A stretch of DNA of 40,073 nucleotides from positions 1-40,073 of the IMG/VR virus record IMGVR_UViG_3300017700_000511, one strand, 5' to 3'. A program made the position numbers and the translations under genes. Origin of the DNA: a virus (Duplodnaviria; Caudoviricetes). Below are positions 34,350 through 40,073 of the stretch, in pieces. Positions within the stretch are counted from its first letter, which is position 1, and every line of letters starts with the position of its first letter. The notes below the pieces were generated by a model. It did no database searches. It was not told the origin of the DNA and worked only from the letters and a program-made list of their open reading frames with translations.

Positions 34350-34855
34350 CTGCACTCTACATCCTGGCAGGCGAGTACCGCGCCTTGCTTGGCACTCTGG
34401 CTGATGGTGATTTTGACGATCAGACCATTGCCGATAGCATCGAGGCAAGCGGCATCGTTGACGACTTGCAGAGCAAGGCCCAGGGCATCGAGTACGTGGC
34501 GCGAAGCCTGGAGGCAGACAAGCCGGCGATGCTTGCCGAAATCGAGCGGCTGCAAGTGCGTATTGCGGCACGCGACAGGAAGGCGCAAGGCTTGCGTGAT
34601 TACCTGTTGACGAATATGCGTGGCGCGGGGCTGGAGAAGATAGAGGGCGCGATGTTCACGTTTTCTGTTCGCAAAAACCCACCAGCGGTGGAAATCATAG
34701 ACAGTGCCAGTTTGCCAATCGAGTTCTGGAAGACACCAGAGCCCAAGCCGCCCGTTGCTGCACCAGACAAAGCGGCAATCAAAGCCGCACTGCAATCCGG
34801 CGTGGATGTTGTAGGCGCACGGCTGGTGCAAAACACGCGACTGGATGTGAAATGA
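34346..34855 (+). CDS. Siphovirus Gp157-family protein
   Basis: LYILAGEY...EIERL...RKNPPAV...DKAAIK...GARL pattern. Confidence 0.88.
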   Translation: MTALYILAGEYRALLGTLADGDFDDQTIADSIEASGIVDDLQSKAQGIEYVARSLEADKPAMLAEIERLQVRIAARDRKAQGLRDYLLTNMRGAGLEKIEGAMFTFSVRKNPPAVEIIDSASLPIEFWKTPEPKPPVAAPDKAAIKAALQSGVDVVGARLVQNTRLDVK

Positions 34856-35265
34856 AACCCATAGACAAGCTACGCGCCATCATCGCGGTGAAATCGGCCG
34901 AGCCGGACGGCTTTGAACTCTGGCGCGATGCTCCTGAGTTTGACCCAAAGAGCTCGCGCAATGAGTGTGACCGGCAGATACGCGCTGGCCACCTGTTCAA
35001 GGCCAAGATCAACCACACGCACGCGGCCTACCTGTCTACCCTGGCCGCGCGCAATGCGTTCCTGGTGCGTCGGGGTGTGGATGCGACGGCGATGAGCAAG
35101 CAGATCGTGCACCTGGCGCGGCGCAAGCCTGAGTCGGTCAAGCTGCATAAGTCTGCGATGGTCGTGTATCCGCCAGGCTACAAGCTCACCATTCACCCTA
35201 CGCCAGTGCCGCGCAATAGGGCTTTTGAATTGCCATTTGTGCATGACGGAATCAGGGGGTTGTGA
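34852..35265 (+). CDS. Hypothetical protein
   Basis: ATGA-coupled ORF. Confidence 0.65.
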   Translation: MKPIDKLRAIIAVKSAEPDGFELWRDAPEFDPKSSRNECDRQIRAGHLFKAKINHTHAAYLSTLAARNAFLVRRGVDATAMSKQIVHLARRKPESVKLHKSAMVVYPPGYKLTIHPTPVPRNRAFELPFVHDGIRGL

Positions 35266-35397
35266 TGGGGATTCTGATACCTTAACCAATCCCGCCTTCG
35301 CCGCCAACTCAGCCAAAAATCTGCATCGGCTGCGGGCGAAAGCAAGAGCCGGACGGGTCGCTCCCGTGCGGTCACTGAACAACCAACAAGGAAAATC

Positions 35398-35667
35398 ATG
35401 ACGATAGAAAAAGGCCAAAAACTTTGGCTCAGCAAGTACGCGCTAAGCAGCGGGATGAGAGAAGTCGAAGCGCTTGGGTTGTATGCCGCAGACCAGAATC
35501 TCGCCATGATTGCAGGAACATGGGAAATTTATCGAATTGGCCGTGATGTTCACACAACACGCAACGAGGCGGCTATCTCTGCTGAGGCCGCACGCATCAA
35601 GAAAATTGCTAGCCTTCGCAAGCAGATCGCGAAGCTGGAAAAGTTGTCGTTCACCGTCACCGCCTAA
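35398..35667 (+). CDS. Hypothetical protein
   Basis: AAGGA RBS; KYALSSG...KKIASLRKQIAKLE. Confidence 0.75.
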   Translation: MTIEKGQKLWLSKYALSSGMREVEALGLYAADQNLAMIAGTWEIYRIGRDVHTTRNEAAISAEAARIKKIASLRKQIAKLEKLSFTVTA

Positions 35668-35680
35668 CACCAAGGACCAC

Positions 35681-36856
35681 ATGTTCAAATCCGCAACAAT
35701 TTTCCGCATCGCCTCCGATTTCACCCTGCCGCCGCTGCAAGTGCTGGAGGACGCGCTTCAAGCGGCCCAGTTCATGCCGTGCGCGCCGACTCAGGCCGAG
35801 TCAGTCGGGTGGATTCCGCCGCGCGGAAAGCAAAGCACTGTCCTGGCCGAGCCTGTAGGCCGTGGCGTCATCCTGCGCTTGCAAACCGAGCGGCGCGTCG
35901 TGCCGGCGCATGCAGTAAATAGCCTGGTTGATTCGTTTGTCGACCAGCTCATGCAAGCGACTGGACGCGAGCGAATCAGCGCCAAGATCAAAAAGGAGTT
36001 CAAAGAAGAGGCCATTCAGACCCTGCTGCCGCGCGCCTTCCCGAAGTCGTCAGCCGTCACGCTCTGGATTGACCCGGTGAACCACTGGATGGTGGTGGAC
36101 TCGGGAAATGTGGCCGACGCTGACAAGATCGTCGGCTATCTGGTCGAGGCGCTCAGCACGGTACCGCACGCCTTGATGATTGGCATTCAGGCACGACCCG
36201 TGCAAACGCAGAATTCGCCATCATCAGCAATGGCCCACTGGCTGGCCACCCGGGACGCGCCGTTCAACTTCACGTTAGACCGTGATTGTGAAATGAAGAT
36301 GCCAGATGACATGAAGTCAACAGTTCGCTACTCGCGCCACACCCTGGAAATCAACGAGGTGGCCGACCACATCGCAGCGGGCAAGGTGCCGACAAAACTG
36401 GCGATTACCTGGGATGACCGCGTGTCGTTTGAGTTGAGCGATACGGGCCAGTTGCGCAAGGTCAAGATGCTGGACGTGGTGCTGGACGGCCAGCAGGAAG
36501 CTGGCAAGGATGACGACAGCTTTGATGCCGACGCAGCAATCGTGACCGGCGAGCTGTCGGCGCTGATTCCTGATCTGATTGATGCGCTGGGCGGGGAGAT
36601 TGTTGAAGGCGGTGCCAATCCATTGAAGCTCAGCGAACCACCAGCGGGAATGCCGCCGATTGATGGCGAGAATGACCCGATGTATGTGCAAGCCCTAGAC
36701 TTGGTGATGAAGCACAAAAAGCCCAGCATAGCGTTAGTACAACGTCACCTGGTCATCGGATACAACCGGGCCGCGCGCTTGATAGAACGAATGGAAGTAG
36801 AAGGAAAAGTTAGCCCAATGACGCGCGATGGGGTAAGAAAAATTCTGATCGCTTAG
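35681..36856 (+). CDS. rdgC: RdgC fused to C-terminal FtsK-gamma winged-helix domain
   Basis: MFKSATIFR, GWIPP, LLPRAF motifs; C-terminal SIALVQRHLVIGYNRAARLIERME. Confidence 0.9.
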   Translation: MFKSATIFRIASDFTLPPLQVLEDALQAAQFMPCAPTQAESVGWIPPRGKQSTVLAEPVGRGVILRLQTERRVVPAHAVNSLVDSFVDQLMQATGRERISAKIKKEFKEEAIQTLLPRAFPKSSAVTLWIDPVNHWMVVDSGNVADADKIVGYLVEALSTVPHALMIGIQARPVQTQNSPSSAMAHWLATRDAPFNFTLDRDCEMKMPDDMKSTVRYSRHTLEINEVADHIAAGKVPTKLAITWDDRVSFELSDTGQLRKVKMLDVVLDGQQEAGKDDDSFDADAAIVTGELSALIPDLIDALGGEIVEGGANPLKLSEPPAGMPPIDGENDPMYVQALDLVMKHKKPSIALVQRHLVIGYNRAARLIERMEVEGKVSPMTRDGVRKILIA

Positions 36857-36904
36857 TAAAAAAGTGCTGCCATGATGTATGATTCATCAACGCCTGAAAA
36901 GGCC

Positions 36905-36962
36905 CGGGTTTAGCAGCTCAAAGGAATTCGCGGCCACAAGCCGCACATGATGCGGCTTTTTT
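36905..36962 (+). promoter_or_regulatory. C4 a1/b1 target sites plus terminator
   Basis: TAGCAG (36911) and GAATTCGCGG (36924) complementary to C4 loops; AAGCCGCA...TGCGGCTTTTTT. Confidence 0.8.
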
Positions 36963-36980
36963 GTTGGCGCTCCAGTTTAT

Positions 36981-37059
36981 GGCGGCGCTGATGGGAGAGT
37001 GAAAGCTCTGCCTGTTTTCGCACCGCGAATTCTCAGGTCTGCTACCTATCAGCGCTGCC
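36981..37059 (+). ncRNA. C4-type antisense RNA (P1 C4 / P4 CI / N15 CA-like)
   Basis: 15-bp closing stem with two G-U pairs, GAAA tetraloop hairpin, b' loop CCGCGAATTC, a' bulge CTGCTA. Confidence 0.82.
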
Positions 37060-37106
37060 GCCCTCACCCAGTGAGCGGTAGTTTATTTTAGACTATGGAG
37101 GTCAAC

Positions 37107-37598
37107 ATGAGCCGAAAGGCCGTCACACGCAAGAAGCCAATCGCCCAGCAAAGCCTAGTGGGCCGAGCCGTGGCCAGGAGTGCCGCTGCAACATCATTGC
37201 GAGAAATCCGCAAGAACCTGACCCGGGTCAGCGTCACTGCATACCTGACCGAAGACGGCGAGCCGGCGCCTACACTGCTAGGCCACCTGGCGGTGATGAT
37301 TGGCGTGGGCGCTGAAATAGGCCTGAGCCAAGCGCCAGACGCCATAGAAACGCGGCGCATGCATGCAGCCCTGCGAACCGTAACTCAAATGGGCATTGAC
37401 GGCGGGCGCTGGAATGCTTCGCAGGCCAAGGTGCTGCACGAGGCTGCTGAGCTTTCAGTCAAGGCGTTTGAAGACTATCCAGCCGTCGGCGTCTTGATGC
37501 TGCCGGCTGCATGCAAGCTGGCCGAGGAAGTTAGGCGAGGCACTGTGAAAATTGACGCCGTTGCAGGCGCAGAAATCTACCAAAAGGAAACAACATGA
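37107..37598 (+). CDS. Hypothetical protein downstream of C4 RNA
   Basis: GGAGG RBS. Confidence 0.75.
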   Translation: MSRKAVTRKKPIAQQSLVGRAVARSAAATSLREIRKNLTRVSVTAYLTEDGEPAPTLLGHLAVMIGVGAEIGLSQAPDAIETRRMHAALRTVTQMGIDGGRWNASQAKVLHEAAELSVKAFEDYPAVGVLMLPAACKLAEEVRRGTVKIDAVAGAEIYQKETT

Positions 37599-37999
37599 TC
37601 GACATGAAAAAGCAATACCGCACCAGGGATGGGCGAAAGGTGAGGGTTTTGGCGACAGATGCAAATCATCCAAATTATCCTGTTGTGGCACTTATTGAAA
37701 TACCAGGCGGAGAAGAATTCGCAAGTCATATGTCTATAGATGGTCGAATGCTTATACATTGCAAAAACAACAGCGACCTCATCGAATACAACCCAGCGCA
37801 AGACCTCAAGGTGGATCAGCCGCTGCTGGTGTTCAATTTTCTTGGTGCCCAGTTTCAGCGCCGACACTTCGCAGAGTTCAAGGATGGGGAGGTTTGGTGC
37901 TTTGACAATGGTCAAACCAGCTTTACATCTATTGACGGCCGATCATCAAGTTGGAGGAATTGGACCGACGACCTGACGCTTGAAAAGGATGGGAAATGA
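37595..37999 (+). CDS. Hypothetical protein
   Basis: TRDGRKVRVL..D....YPVVAL motif. Confidence 0.75.
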   Translation: MIDMKKQYRTRDGRKVRVLATDANHPNYPVVALIEIPGGEEFASHMSIDGRMLIHCKNNSDLIEYNPAQDLKVDQPLLVFNFLGAQFQRRHFAEFKDGEVWCFDNGQTSFTSIDGRSSSWRNWTDDLTLEKDGK

Positions 38000-38475
38000 G
38001 CGATAAACAACCAGAGGCGCTGCGCCTTGCCGATGAGTTGGCGCAGCCACATCAAAACGACTTCTACATTGTTTGCGATGAAGCTGCAAGTGAGCTACGT
38101 TGTCTTCACGCCGAGAACACCGACCTGCGCGCCCAGCTTGAAGCCGTCGGCGCTGGCGGTGTGTCTGCGCTTATTCCCGGGATGAAATGGAATGCGGAAC
38201 GGAATGCTCTCGCATCACTGTCTCAGCCAGCGCCTGCGGTAGTGGGGCCAGTGGCAGTCTTGTCGGCTTCTGATGTGGATGAGATCGAAGACGCACTCAG
38301 ATCAACAGGCCGCCACAACAGACTTGCATACGCTTTGCGCTCTCGACTTGCCGCACCCAAGCCGCACAAGATCGCAGAAACCGCGAGCGACCCAACCGCA
38401 AGTTGGCCTGAGTGGATGCGTCGCGAGTCTCGCCATGCGACCGCCAGCTTTCCGTCGCCAAAGGATCCATCATGA
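37996..38475 (+). CDS. Hypothetical mosaic protein
   Basis: QPEALRLADEL...AASELRCLHAEN motif. Confidence 0.7.
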   Translation: MSDKQPEALRLADELAQPHQNDFYIVCDEAASELRCLHAENTDLRAQLEAVGAGGVSALIPGMKWNAERNALASLSQPAPAVVGPVAVLSASDVDEIEDALRSTGRHNRLAYALRSRLAAPKPHKIAETASDPTASWPEWMRRESRHATASFPSPKDPS

Positions 38476-38687
38476 AGCTCCTCGCCCTGTTACTGCTGGC
38501 CCTTCCGGCACTCTCCCAACCTGTCACCACAAAAAGCAAATTCAACCTGGACGCCATCCCCGCAGCCAAGCGCATCGAGTGCCAACAACAAGGCGGCTGC
38601 TTTGTGCTGACGCGATCCGAGATGATGGGCGCGCTGAAAGCCGCAAATAACGCTGGCCGCCGTGCGGCTGCAAAGGAACAGAAATGA
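38472..38687 (+). CDS. Small secreted protein
   Basis: MKLLALLLLALPALS signal peptide; ECQQQGGC. Confidence 0.65.
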   Translation: MKLLALLLLALPALSQPVTTKSKFNLDAIPAAKRIECQQQGGCFVLTRSEMMGALKAANNAGRRAAAKEQK

Positions 38688-38932
38688 GCACGCCATATGC
38701 ACAAATGGTCGCGTCCCTGCAAGCGCAGGAGCTTCAAGAGCAATTGGAGGCTCTTGAATCTGGAGACACCGCTGGTTCGTGGTTCGGATCGGCCTCTCAG
38801 GCATTGAACCCAAGAGACTTTCAAAAGTTTGTTGTCGCTTGCCGCAAACAATTGATTGCCCTGCGCAAGAAAGCTGATGGGTGCCCGTCGCAAATTTTTC
38901 AATGGCTGCCACATTTTCAATCGAAGGAATAA
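38684..38932 (+). CDS. Hypothetical protein
   Basis: AAGGA RBS; ATGA overlap. Confidence 0.65.
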   Translation: MSTPYAQMVASLQAQELQEQLEALESGDTAGSWFGSASQALNPRDFQKFVVACRKQLIALRKKADGCPSQIFQWLPHFQSKE

Positions 38933-38934
38933 TC

Positions 38935-39699
38935 ATGACCACTACAGACAAAACCGCCGATGCCAGTGGCGCGGCTGACCTGCACCAAGAAGCCGCATCG
39001 CTCCTCTCTGATTTGGTTGACATATGGGACGATCAAGAAACGCGGCCTCCAGAAAGCCGGGTGTACGTAGCCGGTGCATGGCGCGCCACATTGGCCGAGG
39101 CTCGGACTCTGATCGCGCAAATTGATGCACTCGCATCCGAACCAGCGCATCCATACATCCAAAAAAGTGACCCGACGGGGACAAAATCGCATGAGAATCT
39201 AGCAGATTCACCAGATGTGACCTTGGCGGGTCAACTTAAGCCAGCCCTATCCGGGGTGACGGATGCGATGCCTGATCTTCCATTCGCTGACGATTTTCTT
39301 TCGAACCCGGAACGTCATTCAGATGATTGGAAGGCTGGGTGGAATGCTGCGAAAAACCGGATTGAATTTCTGTCGCTTCAATTCGCCGCCTACCGTGCGC
39401 TGCCGGGTGCTTTGGCTGCGGAGGTATGGGAGCGGCATGCCGGGGAGGGTCCGAGCCGCCCTGCGAGTCAATGGGGTCCAACAGATATTGCCCGATGGCC
39501 TGATGCCTATCGTGAGGCCTGCCGAAAAGAACCTACAAGTGTATCTGGATCGCCTTTGGTGGAAAAGTCTCATGTCTGCGGCGTGACGTGCCGCCGTGAT
39601 GACGACAATTGCAACGGGTATTGCAAAGGGGATAGCGCAGCACCTGCCAAATACTTCATCATCGCCGCCACTCAATCAGGCGTGAAGGATGGTGTATGA
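38935..39699 (+). CDS. Hypothetical mosaic protein
   Basis: AAGGA RBS; C-terminal Cys cluster. Confidence 0.65.
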   Translation: MTTTDKTADASGAADLHQEAASLLSDLVDIWDDQETRPPESRVYVAGAWRATLAEARTLIAQIDALASEPAHPYIQKSDPTGTKSHENLADSPDVTLAGQLKPALSGVTDAMPDLPFADDFLSNPERHSDDWKAGWNAAKNRIEFLSLQFAAYRALPGALAAEVWERHAGEGPSRPASQWGPTDIARWPDAYREACRKEPTSVSGSPLVEKSHVCGVTCRRDDDNCNGYCKGDSAAPAKYFIIAATQSGVKDGV

Positions 39700-39950
39700 C
39701 TGAAACAAACACCACCCTGGCGCCGTGCCCGTTTTGCGGCCACGACGCGCCAGAGTTTGAGCGAAAAGGCACTGGCCGACAAAGCTGCATCGTCGCATGT
39801 GGAAATTGTGGCTGCCGGCATGAAAGCAGCGATGAAGGCGATCTATCTGGCTCATCTTGGAATTCCCGCGAATCCCAGCCTGCAAGCAGCGAGCCCGTTG
39901 CACTGCCTGCGGGGATGCCGGAGCCGTTTGCCTTCATAACAGAAAAGTCA
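39696..39950 (+). CDS. Lar-like (restriction alleviation) Zn-finger protein, 5' part; continues at position 1
   Basis: LAPCPFCG...CGNCG...WNSR motif; ATGA overlap. Confidence 0.7.
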
Positions 39951-40073
39951 GCCGCGCAGTTACTAAATCCGCTACTTTGCCTCGTCCTGCATCAGGTTTG
40001 CCTGCGGCGAACAGCGCAGGACCTTGGGGCCATCGCGATCTACACCGCAGCCCAGGTGCAGGCCATGCTTGCC
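39951..40073. repeat. Terminal direct repeat / assembly overlap (copy 2)
   Basis: Identical to 1-123; the reading frame from ATG 39696 runs through the junction. Confidence 0.97.

Overview
The window is very probably a complete ~39,950-bp circularly assembled tailed-phage genome: bases 1-123 recur exactly at 39951-40073. The gene layout is lambdoid with a P22/BPP-1-like podovirus virion module. A betaproteobacterial host is an inference from the Gram-negative spanin lysis cassette and gene content. The minus strand carries, from right to left, a cro-like gene, a replication operon (O-like initiator with iterons, DnaB, DUF559 nuclease, NinG, Q-like antiterminator), terminase, portal, scaffold, capsid, tail, ejection proteins and the lysis cassette. 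The plus strand carries an early operon with a Sak4-like ATPase, Gp157, an RdgC-FtsK-gamma fusion and many small ORFs. No cI repressor or integrase is visible. The most unusual items are: (i) several structured non-coding RNA elements, namely a C4-type antisense RNA with no recognisable antirepressor target and two kissing-loop leaders; (ii) a self-promoted cassette with a 23-copy combinatorial 12-bp Ala-repeat protein plus a small RHH-like gene; (iii) a glycoside-hydrolase-like lipoprotein moron with a divergent RHH regulator; (iv) a probable Acb2/Tad1-type anti-defence sponge. All protein calls come from motif recognition by eye, not database searches.
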